Shown here in pieces: positions 26,301 to 36,960 of a DNA stretch of 64,000 nt (within the stretch, counting starts at the first letter, position 1; every line of letters starts with the position of its first letter). Source of the stretch: Mobula hypostoma (taxonomy: Eukaryota). The notes below the pieces were generated by a model. The model had not been told where the DNA came from, made no database searches, and saw only the letters and a list, made by a program, of their open reading frames with translations. Location of the stretch: NCBI RefSeq assembly GCF_963921235.1, contig NC_086098.1:4960001-5024000 (forward strand), in the 5' to 3' direction. A program made the position numbers and the translations under genes.

Positions 26301-26967
26301 CAGATCCCTGAAAGTTGCCTCACAGGTGGATAGGGTAGTTAAGAAAACTTAAGGGGTGTTAGCTTTCATAAGTCGAGGGATAGAGTTTAAGAGTCATGAT
26401 GTAATGATGCAGCTCTATAAAACTCTGGTTAGGCCACACTTGGAGTACTGTATCCAGTTCTGGTCACCTCACTATAGGAAGGATGTGGAAGCATTGGCAA
26501 GGGTACAGAGGAGATTTACCAGGATGCTGCCTGGTTTAGAGAGTATCGATTATGATCAGAGATTTAGGGAGCTAGGGCTTTACTCTTTGGAGAGAAGGAG
26601 GATGAGAGGAGACATGATAGAGGTGTACAAGATAATAAGAGGAATAGATAGAGTGGATAGCCAGCGCCTCTTCCCCAGGGCACGGCACCACTGCTCAATA
26701 CAAGAGGACATGGCTTTAAGGTAAGGGGTGGGAAGTTCAAGGGGGATATTAGAGGAAGGTTTTTCACTCAGAGAGTGGTTGGTGCGTGGAATGCACTGCC
26801 TGAGTCGGTGGTGGAGGCAGATACACTAGTGAAGTTTAAGAGACTACTGGACAGGTATATTGGGGAATTTAAGTTGGGGGCTTATATGTGAGGCAGGGTT
26901 TGAGGGTCGGCAGAACATTGTGGGCCGAAGGGACTGTACTGTGCTGTACTATCCTATGTTCTATGTT
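23355..26967 (+). mobile_element. CR1 family C LINE, 5'-truncated within ORF1, ORF2 disrupted
   Basis: ORF1 SGNH esterase motifs (VIGDS, PGA, HVGTND, DGLHLN). ORF2 endonuclease and RT lie in several frames. Near-identical to 44205-47833. Confidence 0.95.
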
Positions 26968-27326
26968 TTGTGACTTTCTAAATATCCAAATTCTCCTTCA
27001 TTTAATTTAAAGATTTTACTGCAGACTCAGTTGTTCGATTCACCTGGCTACCAGTCCCAAAACAGTTTGGATAAGCTTTATTTGTCACATGTACATTGAA
27101 ACATGGAGTGAAATGTGCCGTTTGCATCAATGGCCAACACTGTCCGAGGGTGTGCTGAGGGAAGCTTGCAAGGGTCGCCATGCTTCCAGCGCCAACATCA
27201 CAGGCTCTTCCTACTTCCAACATGCATGAGAGTGCTTGCAATCTCATTGAAACTAATTCATCTGACTGTTCAAATCAAGCTGAAAGTGTTCATTTGCAAA
27301 ATGTTGGAGGAACTCAGAGGGTTAGG

Positions 27327-27364
27327 CAGTTGACGTTTCAGGCCAATACCCTTCATCAGAACTG
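27327..27364 (-). ncRNA. Minimal type-I hammerhead ribozyme motif (Penelope-associated), intact core
   Basis: Minus strand reads CAGUU-CUGAUGA-AGGGUAUUGGCCU-GAAAC-GUC-AACUG: perfect 5-bp stem I, conserved core boxes, foldable stem II, palindromic ACGU stem III, GUC cleavage triplet. Activity untested. Confidence 0.75.
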
Positions 27365-27500
27365 GGAAGGATGGAGGAAGAAGCCAGAAAAAGGAGGTGA
27401 ATGAGGGGGATTTTATTCCCCTCCATAGCTGCTGCCTGACCTGCTGATTTCCTCCAGCATTTTGTGTGTGTCCCCACCTGTCAATCGCCTTTCTCACCTG

Positions 27501-27715
27501 GATCTACCTATCGCTGCCAGGCAGATCTACCTACTGGTTGCCAGATCTACCTATCGCCGCCAGATCTACCTATCGCTGCCAGCCAGATCTATCTATCGCC
27601 GCCAGCCAGATCTACCTACCGGCCGCCAGATCTACCTACCGGCTGCCAGATCTACCTACTGGCTGCCAGATCTACCTATCGCCACCAGCCAGATCTACCT
27701 ATCGCCGCCAGATCT
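27501..27715. repeat. Minisatellite, about 10 units of 19/20/23 bp (core GATCTACCTA...GCCA)
   Basis: Units start at 27501, 27524, 27544, 27563, 27586, 27609, 27629, 27649, 27669, 27692 and 27711. Confidence 0.95.
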
Positions 27716-28086
27716 TGCTCCACCTCTCCATCTCCCTTTCATCTCTCAGTCCAGATGCAGGGTCTCAACCTGAAACAGCGAATGTCCATTTTCCTCCACA
27801 GATGCTGCCTGACCTTCTGAGGTCCTCCAGCATTTTGTGTTTGTTACTCATAATTTTCAGCATCTGCAGAATCTCTTGTGCAACTTAAAATGTACATTTA
27901 TGGCTCCAAGAAAAATCTAATTGGCACCTGTAGTACCAGAATATTCATTTCAGCATAACATTGATAGTTCCTATGTAATCTGCATATTGTTCTTCATTAC
28001 CTTAACACATATGTTTTTATATGAAGTGATTATTAAGGTCTAAGGAATTCACAAGGAGATCAAAAGCACAATTTCCCAATTTATAG

Positions 28087-28236
28087 AATTTATAGAAGCC
28101 ACACTCAGGTTGGAGGAACAACACCTTATATTCCGTCTGGGTAGCCTCCAACCTGATGGCATGAACATCGATTTCTCAAACTTCCGCTAATGCCTCACCT
28201 CCCCCTCGTACCTCATCTGTTATGTATGTATGTATG

Positions 28237-28268
<32 letters not shown>

Positions 28269-28621
28269 CACACCCATTCTTTTTCTGTCTCTCCTTTTTC
28301 TCCCTCTGTCCCTCTCACTATATCCCTTGACCTTCCTCTGGCTTCCCCCCTCCCCCTTTTCTTTCTCCCTGGGCCTCCTGTCCCATGATCCTCTCATATC
28401 CCTTTTGCCAATCACCTGTCCAGCTCTTGGCTCCATCCCTCCCTCTCCTGTCTTCTCCTATCATTTTGGATGTCCCCCTTCCCCTCCCACTTCCAAATGT
28501 CTTGCTAGCTCTTCTTTCAGTTAGTCCTGACGAAGGGTCTCGGCCCGAAACATCGACTCTACCCCTTTCCAGAGATGCTGCCTGGCCTGCTGCGTTCACC
28601 AGCAACTTTGATGTGTGTTGC
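28087..28621 (+). mobile_element. Penelope-like element, 5'-truncated
   Basis: 28095-28190 translates EATLRLEEQHLIFRLGSLQPDGMNIDFSNFR*, typical of a Penelope GIY-YIG C-terminus. Pyrimidine-rich 3' region with (TATG)n(TA)n. Hammerhead motif present. 13-bp TSD tcccaatttatag (28074-28086, 28622-28634). Confidence 0.88.
28523..28558 (+). ncRNA. Minimal hammerhead ribozyme motif in Penelope terminal repeat
   Basis: AGUC-CUGACGA-AGGGUCUCGGCCC-GAAAC-AUC-GACU. Core intact, but the stem III palindrome is changed from ACGU to ACAU. Confidence 0.7.
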
Positions 28622-28844
28622 TCCCAATTTATAGTCTCAATTAATTTCCCACCTTTCTGTGCCCACATCAAACGTTGCAGCTTTGGTGAATGTTTAGACA
28701 GCCATCTGCGGTAATGAAGGCCACAGAGTTACCATCCTCTGACTGAAGAAATTCCTTGTTGTCTCTGTTCCAAAGGGGTATTCTTTAATGCTGAGGTTGT
28801 GCCGTCTGCTCCTGGACTCCTCTCCATGTTCACTCGGTCTAGGC

Positions 28845-28917
28845 CAGGAATTCCCAAACTTGTTTATGCTGAGGACCCTAGCTATTAACTGAAGGGTTCA
28901 TGGACTCCAAGCTGGGA
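28845..28917. mobile_element. About 80-bp hAT-Charlie MITE, one TIR truncated
   Basis: Perfect 8-bp TSD gtctaggc (28837-28844, 28918-28925). Homologous to the reverse complement of 29988-30067. Confidence 0.75.
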
Positions 28918-29049
28918 GTCTAGGCCTTTCAATAACTCCCGCTCCATTCTTCTAAACTCCAACAAGTACAGTAGGAATTTTGAAGGAATTTATAATATGG
29001 AGAAACAGTCCAAGTAAAAAATGACAAGAATGCAGAGAAACACATCTTA

Positions 29050-29055
29050 TTTATT
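29050..29055 (-). terminator. Candidate distal polyadenylation signal of the FUT9-like gene
   Basis: AATAAA on the minus strand with upstream UGUA and a downstream GU/U-rich tract (tgtgtttctctgcattcttgtcattttttac), at the end of an AT-rich non-repeat block. Confidence 0.3.
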
Positions 29056-29718
29056 TTAATATGTTTGTTCTGTTATGTACAAAATTATGGTCAGTTTTTT
29101 TTATCATTTTCAGGTTGGTATTAGAAATGGCAGTACTCTAAAGCACATTTGACAAAATATGGTGAAATATCCAACAAATGAGTCAACTCACAAAGTTACT
29201 CAGGACAAGTCATCACCTTGAGCACGGTTATTACAATATAGTTTTATGGCAATGTCTACTTCTAGCTGGTGTGAATGGTCTGTAGTTCATTATTGTCCAG
29301 GGTTTAGTGTTAAGAGCTGAAACATGCAACACCACAGAGAGACATATCAATAAAAGTTTGCTTGTACAAGCAGAAAGGTGAAAACCTTCTATTGAAGATG
29401 GTTTTGTAAAATATTAAATTTTTTCTCTTTCAATTTTGTATTTGTCATTTATTACTGCTGTTTTTCCCTATTTAAATTTGAATATAAAATTTCAAACTAT
29501 TTTAGTTGTTTTTAAAAGAATGACTTGTATTAACTGAAAATATCCATGTGAAATTATAACAGCCAGAGAGTTCAGTGACAGAACAAGGATAGCGTTCAAA
29601 TTCTTATCATTTAAGACAAATAAGCAAAAAATACACTAATGTTCCTTTCTACAATACAATAATTCTAAATTAAGAACTATTTCTGTGTGGCATTTGTAAC
29701 CAGTTAGGTGTAAATAAA

Positions 29719-30326
29719 TACTCAGTGGCCACTTTATTGTCCACCTGTACAACTACTCATAAATATAAATATCTAATTAGCCAATCATGTGGCAGCAACT
29801 CAATGCGTAAAAGCATGTAGACATGATCAAGAGGTTCAGTTGTTGTTCAGACCAAACATCAGAATGGGGAAGAAATGAGATCTGACTGACTTTGACCATG
29901 GAATAATTGCTGGTGCCAGATGGGGTGGTTTGTATATCTCAGAAACTGCTGATCTCCAGGGATTTTCACACAAAACAGTCTCTACAGTAGGGATTCCCAA
30001 CCTGGAGTCCACAGACCTCTCGGTTAATAGTAAGAGTCCATGGCAGTAAAAAGGTTGGGAACCCCTGCTCCAGAGTTTACTGAGAATGGTGCATAAAGCA
30101 AAAAAAAAAATCCAATAAGATGCAGTTCTGTGAGTGAAAATGCCTTGTTAATGAGAGAGATCAGGGGGGAATGGCCAGACTGGTTCAAGCTAACAGGAAG
30201 GTGACAGTAACTCTGAATGCACAACAAATTGAGCCTTGAAGTGGTTGGGCTACAGCAGCAGAAGACCATGACTCAGTGGTCACTTTGTTAAGTACAGGAG
30301 GTAACTAATATAGTAGCCATTGAGTG
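29719..30326 (+). mobile_element. Internally deleted Tc1-like transposon (TC1DR3-like)
   Basis: TIR actcagtggccactttatt / aatatagtagccattgagtg followed by TA. Encodes a decayed transposase N-terminus MGKK*DLTDFDHGIIAGARWGGLYISETADLQGFSHKTVS. Confidence 0.85.
29988..30067. mobile_element. 80-bp hAT-Charlie MITE nested in the Tc1-like element
   Basis: TIRs tagggattcccaacct / aggttgggaacccctg. Flanks ctctacag / ctccagag both derive from the host site ctctagag, seen uninterrupted near 40050. Confidence 0.85.
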
Positions 30327-31019
30327 TACTTCTAATTATTCCTTTGAAATTTTTTCTCAGAAACTTGGTTCAGAATGCATTATCACCTCCACCCAGTAAC
30401 CCTGTGCAAAGTCTAAAGCAGACTCCATAGTTTTGCTGTCTACAGGAGGAGGCGTAAATAGAAGCCATATTAATTATAGATTTATGATATTAGCTGCTTA
30501 GTGCAAATGTAATTGCAATTGGTAAACTAATAAGCAAACTACATCATGCTAGAAACAGTAATTTTATCAACATACATATAATATCTTTTTCAACACATTT
30601 TTTACAAAATTTAAATTATTTATATATATTAGTCACATTGAAGAACTTTTGTCCTCATCCAGATCCTTCAAAGACAGTAAATTCCATTGTGCTGTTATCA
30701 GACCTTTCACAATTACAAAATTTCAAACTGCTGATTATTTCAGTATATAGAAACGTGGTGCATAAAATTTTTATGAGGTGAAAAAAATAGATCTATTGCT
30801 AAAAGTACAAAATGTGTGAAACTGACAACAGAAATGTCAAAGAGGTAAAAAACTGTCTCTCTAAGATTTCTTGCTCCGTGGATGCTGTTGGCATGATAAT
30901 GAATCAAAAACAATTCCTGTTAGCCAAAAAATGCCCACAGAATGCACTAATCATGGAATATATTCAGATAATGATTTCAAAGGAAGAGATAAACACATTA
31001 AGCTTAGTCAACATCACTC

Positions 31020-31550
31020 CATTGTTAAATTTTTTGACAAACTTCTATAGATGCCCAGTGGAGTTAACTGGTTGCATCATGGCCTGGTATGAAGATGCCA
31101 ATGCCCAGGCCTGGACAAAATGGTGGATACAGCCAGGTCCATCAGAGGGAATACCCTCCCCACTACTGAGCACATCTAACCGAGTGCTGGCATCCGTCAT
31201 CAAGGGCCTCCACCATTCAGGCCATGCTCTTTTCTCTTTTCCTGCCATCAGGAAGGAGGTACAGGAGCCTCAGTTTCCATGCCACCAGTTTCAGGAATAG
31301 TTATTAGCCTTCAACCATCAGGCTCCTGAACTAGGATGGATACATAGCTTCATTCACCTCAATGCTAAATTAACTGCACGGCCTATAGACTCACTTTCAA
31401 GGACTCTTCTTTTTATTTGCTGTTTATCTTTGCACATCGGTTGTTTGTCAATCTTTGTTTCTATATGTGTTTTTGTAAAATCCTGTTGTGCTCCTTTCAT
31501 TGTAAATGCCTGCAAGTAAATGAATCTCAAGGTAGTATATACGGTAACAT
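31020..31550 (+). mobile_element. Degenerate Rex1/Babar-type LINE 3' fragment
   Basis: LTNFYRCPVE-LTGCIMAWY and HHSGHALFS peptides. 3' tail shared with 22510-23130. Confidence 0.75.
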
Positions 31551-31553
31551 TTA

Positions 31554-31619
31554 CAGTACTGTGCAAATGTATTGGGGACATATATACAGATAGGGTGTCT
31601 AAGATTTTGTACAGTACTG
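31554..31619. mobile_element. 66-bp Tc1-type mini-MITE
   Basis: TA-cagtactgtgcaaa...tttgtacagtactg-TA. Related copies at 31901-31967 and 32538-32588. Confidence 0.8.
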
Positions 31620-31900
31620 TAGTGATTTTATGTATTACACTGTACTGCTACCACAAATAAAAAAACGAATTTCATAATCGATGTAATTGATGATAAATCT
31701 GATTCTGATATGAGTCTCTATTGTGGACTGAGGGGTCAGGGAGAAGGTAATCATGTTTGGTAAAAGGGGAAGGCTTTGCTCTTTGCTCTGACTGCTCTGT
31801 CGTTTTACATATCTTGTGTTCGTTTGGTACCTGCTTAAGGAAGGTCTTTAAAGTTCTAATTGTAACTCAGGTACAGAATCAGATTTATTTACCGCAGGTA

Positions 31901-32588
31901 CAGTTCTGTGCAAAATTCTTAGACACAAATAGATAGTAAGATTGCCTAAGACCTTTGCACAGTACTACAGTAATTTTATGTTTTGCACTGTACTGCTGTC
32001 ATGAAAAAAAATCAAATTTCATGACATACATCAGCAATAAACCTGATTCTGATATGGGTCTCTATTGTGGATTGAGAGTGGGAAGGGGGTATGGAGAGGA
32101 GAATTATGGTTGGGAAAAGTGGAAGGGAGAGGGCAGGGAGTGGGAAGCACCAGAGAGACATTCTGTAATACTCAATAAACTAATTGTTTGGAATCAAATG
32201 GCCTTGCCTGGTGTCTCATGGCTGGCTGTGCCCGCACCACCTCCTGCCCCTGGCACCCCTTCTCTGCCACCTGTCCCACACCCCTCCCATGGCACTCCAG
32301 CCTCACCATTCCCAATATTCTTTGCTCCTGTCTGATTTGCCAACTCACTCTCTGCTCCATGTTGACAAATACGAGGGTGATTGATAAGTTCGTGGCCTAA
32401 GGTAGAAGGAAATGAGTTATTAACTTCAAACTTTCTGCACAATTACGCAAAGAGTTGAACTGCATGTGCATGTAACAAGAGCTGTATAACTCATCTCCTT
32501 CTACCTTAGGCCACAAACTTATCAGTCACCCCTCGTAGAGTTCTGTGCAAAAGTCCTAGGTACCCTAGCTATATATGTGTGCATAAGA
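31901..32588. mobile_element. Putative composite element: Tc1 mini-MITE, cargo, and an inverted truncated mini-MITE
   Basis: Left unit 31901-31967. Right unit 32538-32588 has its spacer in the opposite orientation (accctagctatatatg versus catatatacagatagggt). The start of the cargo is shared with 31620-31775. Confidence 0.6.
32372..32535. mobile_element. 164-bp mariner-type MITE
   Basis: About 48-bp TIRs cgagggtgattgataagttcgtggcctaaggtagaagga..tgagttat and its reverse complement. TA on both sides. CGAGGG terminus resembles Hsmar2/irritans mariners. Confidence 0.88.
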
Positions 32589-33449
32589 TGAAAGGAGCTA
32601 AAAACAAGCAGCTCGTAGGATGGGGGAAGAGGCAGAACGAGCTTCTTGTTGGATTTGGAGTAGGCGAGAGGAGGGGAGCTGGAAGCCAGGAGCAGATGGG
32701 CAGTGATTTGGCCACCACTGCCGGCCCACCAACTGGAGAGTGTCATGGTTAAGGGTTGAAACACTCGGTGAAGGTTGGGAACCATCTGCTGACATCTGCT
32801 CCTGGCTGAAGGCTACGGTTACCTCATAAGGTAACTGAAGAATGCATCGTAACAGGTGTATGTAATAAGTTGCACAGTACCGTATTACTTTGATAATGAA
32901 TTTACTTTGAAGTTTCTCACTGAAAGTACAAAAGAGAGCTGAAAAGTGATATGTGATTAACCATTGACTGAGATGGAGGCCAAATGAGTAGAAGTGTATG
33001 ATAGTTTCACTGATCACTTTATCCAGCGGACCAAGTGCAATTCAACATTAGTTTTTAACAGGATATAACACTTTGAACTGAAATAGTACTTCAAATGTAT
33101 AGATCATGTTGTAGTGGTTGTGCGATCACTCCAGTTGAGTATGATGTTCTCCTAAGGGGTTGTCTATTGCTCGGTACTCAGGCTAATCCGAGAGACGTAT
33201 ATTCTGGTGCAGTGTTAATTACTGCCCGTTACTTTGCTGGCATTTGGGCCAGTAATGAAGGTCTCCATCTCTGTCTGTCCTTGACCATCTTGGTTTTGAC
33301 GGTGTTCAGGGCCTCCTCACTGTTTTCAATGCTGTCAGACATACAAGCCCCAGGAATAAGAGCATGCAGATGTGAAAGGATTCTTCACTGCTGTTTCCAT
33401 AAAAGTTTTGTTTGACCAGTCAGGATTGTTGGCCCTGAGTGCACCACTT

Positions 33450-34402
33450 GCACCGACAGCTCATTTCACACTCTCATGACCCTCTGAGTGAAGAAGTTTC
33501 CCCTCAGGTTCCCCTTAAACTTCTCACCTTTCACTATTAACCCAGGACCTCTGCTTATACTCTCACCCAGCCTCAGTGTAAAAAGTCTGCTTGCATTAAC
33601 TCTATCTATACCCTTCATAATGTTGTATATCTCTATCAAAGCTCCTCTCAATCTTCTACTGTCTAAGGAATACAGTCCTACCCTATTCAATCTTCCCTTA
33701 CAACTCAGGCCCTCCAAACCCAGTAACATCCGTGTAGATTTTCTCTGCACTCTTTCAACCTTGTTTTCATCTTTTCTGTAGGTAGGTGATGAAGACTGCA
33801 TCAGTACTCTAAATTAGGCCTCACCAACATCTTATACAACTTCAACATAACATCCCAACTCCTGTACTCAGTACATTGATTTATGAAGGCCAATGTGCCG
33901 AAAGCTTTCTTTACAAACCTATCTACCACTTTCAATGAATTATGGACCTGTATTCCCAGATCACTTTGTTCTACCACACTCCTCAGTGCCCTACCGTTCA
34001 CCAAGTAAGTCGTACCCTGGTTGGTCCTACCAATGAGCAAAACCTCGCACTTGTCTGCATTAAGTTCCATCTGGTCCAGATCCCACTGCAAGCAACGATA
34101 GCCTTTCTGGCTGACCACTACAGCCCCAGTCTTGATGTCATCTGCACATTTGCTGATCCAGTTAACCTTATCATCTTCCAGACCATTGATATAGATGACA
34201 AACAACAAAGGACCCAGCATCGATCACTGCGGCACACCACTAGTCCCAGGACTCCACTCAGAGAGGCAACCATTACTACCACTGTCTGGCTTCTCTCATA
34301 CAGCCAATTTCTAATCCAATTCTCTACCGTAGCTTGAATGCCAGGTGACTGAAACTTCTGGACTAACCTCTCATGCGGGACCTTGTCAAATGCCTTGCTG
34401 AA
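33450..34402 (-). mobile_element. CR1 RT fragment
   Basis: ORFs 33801..34220 (LGPLLFVIYIN, KCADD) and 33466..33801. Confidence 0.9.
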
Positions 34403-36419
34403 GTCTTTTGGTTGTTCAGTCTCTTGCTTTGCAGCTGCAGCTTGTTCCCTGAGACACAGCGAAAGGTCGTTCTCATGTCGCTCAGCTCCCTCTTGAACAG
34501 ATTTCCTCCAGATGTATCTGTTGAGTGCAATGTCTTCCTAGTTTTTTGACATACACAAGGCATATACTGAGTCAAATAGTTGATGATATGGAGGATTAGT
34601 GATCGAGGTAAAGATGCAATCAATAGGCAGATGGATGATTGAAAAATGGACGGAAGAGTGAGATTGATCTTGGAGCAGGTTAAGAGGTTGGAACAACACT
34701 GGGGGCCAAAGGGCCAGTACTGTACTGTACTGTACTCTTCCAACAGTTTTTAGCTGATTTCAAGGCAGGTGTTGAAATTCCAGAAGATCAATAGGATGAT
34801 ATTCTTAGTTACTCCTGAGCTGTGGTAGCCTGGAGAGACACACAGCATGACAGAATATGGTATTTATGGTATCTACAGTGAAAGAAGTACACGGCCCGGA
34901 AAGAGTCCAATTGTCTCAATGCCAATGACGTTAACTCCCAGTGCAAGTAACAGGTGTCCTGGGAGTTACAGGAGATAGCATGGACAATTTTAAAAGGCAA
35001 TATGAAACCTCTGGATGAGAGTTGAATTCTGTTAGCGTGCTAACTACAAAGGACCTGTGGAAATGAGTTGCAGTGTGTAAAGTGCTTTAGACAGAGCCAC
35101 ACACATCCCTGGAGTCCCTAGAGGACTGTGAATTGAAGTTCTGTTTCTTTTGAACCTTGCCACAAATAAACCAAAAAGCTTAAAATGTTTTTTTTTATTG
35201 GCATCTACTGACTGCAGTGGCAGGTTTCTTTCAATAATGTCTGTGATAGAAAAATGGAGGCTATGTGGGAGGGAAGGGTGAGATTGATCTTACAGTAGGT
35301 TAAAAGGTTGGCACAACATAATGGGCCGACGGGCCTGCCTATACTGTTCAATCCTCTATGTTCTTACCATTTAATATGTTCCTCTTATGTAAGCAACATA
35401 GCCCGATCTGCATATGTAAGAAGTTTGGAATAAGCATCTCAGATGTCGACAAATTAAGTCTGTATTTGGCCAAAAGAGAAAAGAAGTAGGTTCTCAATCC
35501 ATTCCAAATGCTTTCATTCCATCAGTTTCCATCAAAAGGAACTACCCAAAACTGGTACCATTGTATTTGTGTTGGTTTCTTGCCAAACTATTTGGAGTCC
35601 AACATGTCCATGAAGAATGGTTGTTATTTCACTCATTTCCACTGGCCATTGAGTTGTCAGAGAATAACGTGGCTGTTTGAGGCTACACAGACTGTTTCCC
35701 AGGGGTGTTCGGCATCAATAAAATCATCACAATAACTTAATAACAAAAAGAAACTTACTGTAGATGCTCTTCATTGATTTTTGAAGTCAGTGCTACTTCT
35801 CTTCCAGTATTGTCATCCTTGAAGACATAGTTCTTCATTCACCAACAGAATTTCCATCTGAGTCTTTGCTTGTTCACTCCCCATGGATTTTGTTTTCCTT
35901 CTCATCTCCAGATTTTACAGCAATTGTCTCTTTTCTTAGGGAATGTTTCCACTCTGGCACATCTCATATAGATTTCACCCTTCCCAATCTGGATCTACGC
36001 TGGATCATAGGTACGCACATAATCACTTCATCCTGAATCTAATCTTAATGCCATACCAAATCATATGCGCACCCATGATCCCCCTCTGCAGTTACACTAC
36101 ATCTCTCCCCCCCGTCAGCTGTTCTTGACTTCAGTTCCACTTAATTGCTTCTGCATTGATGCTGCAACCATTTTCTCAGATGTCAAATATCACAAACTTT
36201 AACAGCTTTTGATTTCAAATACCTTTTCAGATCTCTTCCCCTGTTCACTTTCCTCTGACTCCATCTCTCCCGCTACCCCACCACCCATCTCGGTCTATAA
36301 TTCACACTGAGGTTCATTATCTCTCAGACTGACAGACTGAGCATGCCCACAACAGCCCAGCATTTCACAACTTTTATGTTCCTTTGTCCCACAGGCCAGC
36401 TTTTCACAACTTTATGTTT

Positions 36420-36960
36420 ATGGAACCATAGAAAAGCACAGCCCAGAAACAGCCCTTCAGCCCATCCTAGTGCATGCCAAACCATTTAAACTGCCTACTC
36501 CCATCGTAAACACAAAATACTCTGCAGATGCTGGGGTCAAAACAATACTCACACCTGATGAAGGGTTCCGGCTCGAAATGTTGACTGATCATTTCTGCGG
36601 ATGCTGCCCGACCTGCTGAGTTCCTCTAGCGTAGTGTGAGTGTTGCCTACTCCCATCGACCTGCATCGGGACCCTAGCCCTCCATACCCCTACCATCCCT
36701 GTACCTATTGAAACTTTGCTGAAGCATTAAAATTGAGCCTGTATGCGCTACTTGTGCTGACAGCTCGTTCCACATTCTCACCACCCTCTGAGTGAATACA
36801 TTTCCCCTCATGTTCCCCTTAAACATTTTACCTTTCACCCTTAACCCATGACCTTTAGTTCTAGCTTCATCCAACCTCAGCGGAAAACCCCCAGTAATTA
36901 ACCCTATCTATACCCCTCATAATTTTGTATACCTCCATCAATTCCTCCTTCGTCCCAAGG
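36420..36960 (-). mobile_element. CR1 3' fragment hosting a Penelope mini-element
   Basis: ORF 36674..36874 (RTKGHGLRV, FTQRVV) plus 3' UTR. Confidence 0.85.
36507..36646 (+). mobile_element. 140-bp Penelope-derived mini-element with inverted 5' arm and hammerhead motif
   Basis: TSD of at least 12 bp, ctactcccatcg (36495-36506, 36647-36658). Core ctgatga-agggttccggctc-gaaat-gtt at 36555. Ends in gtgttgc, like the 28087-28621 element. Confidence 0.8.

Larger units (their letters stand above)
27295..27885. mobile_element. Cluster of Penelope terminal-repeat remnants in inverted and direct orientation
   Basis: Minus copy at 27295-27400, plus copies at 27410-27470 and 27740-27885. All share the ctgcctgacctgctga..cctccagcatttt block. 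Confidence 0.75.

Noticed and set aside
27501..27715. CRISPR-like array or repetitive protein ORFs (27462..27888)
   Set aside because: Units are contiguous with no unique spacers and no cas genes, and the DNA is eukaryotic. ORFs in all three frames are a by-product of the repeat.
30812..31300. 162-aa ORF as a novel gene
   Set aside because: Chimeric: AT-rich unique sequence reading into a decayed Rex1-type fragment.
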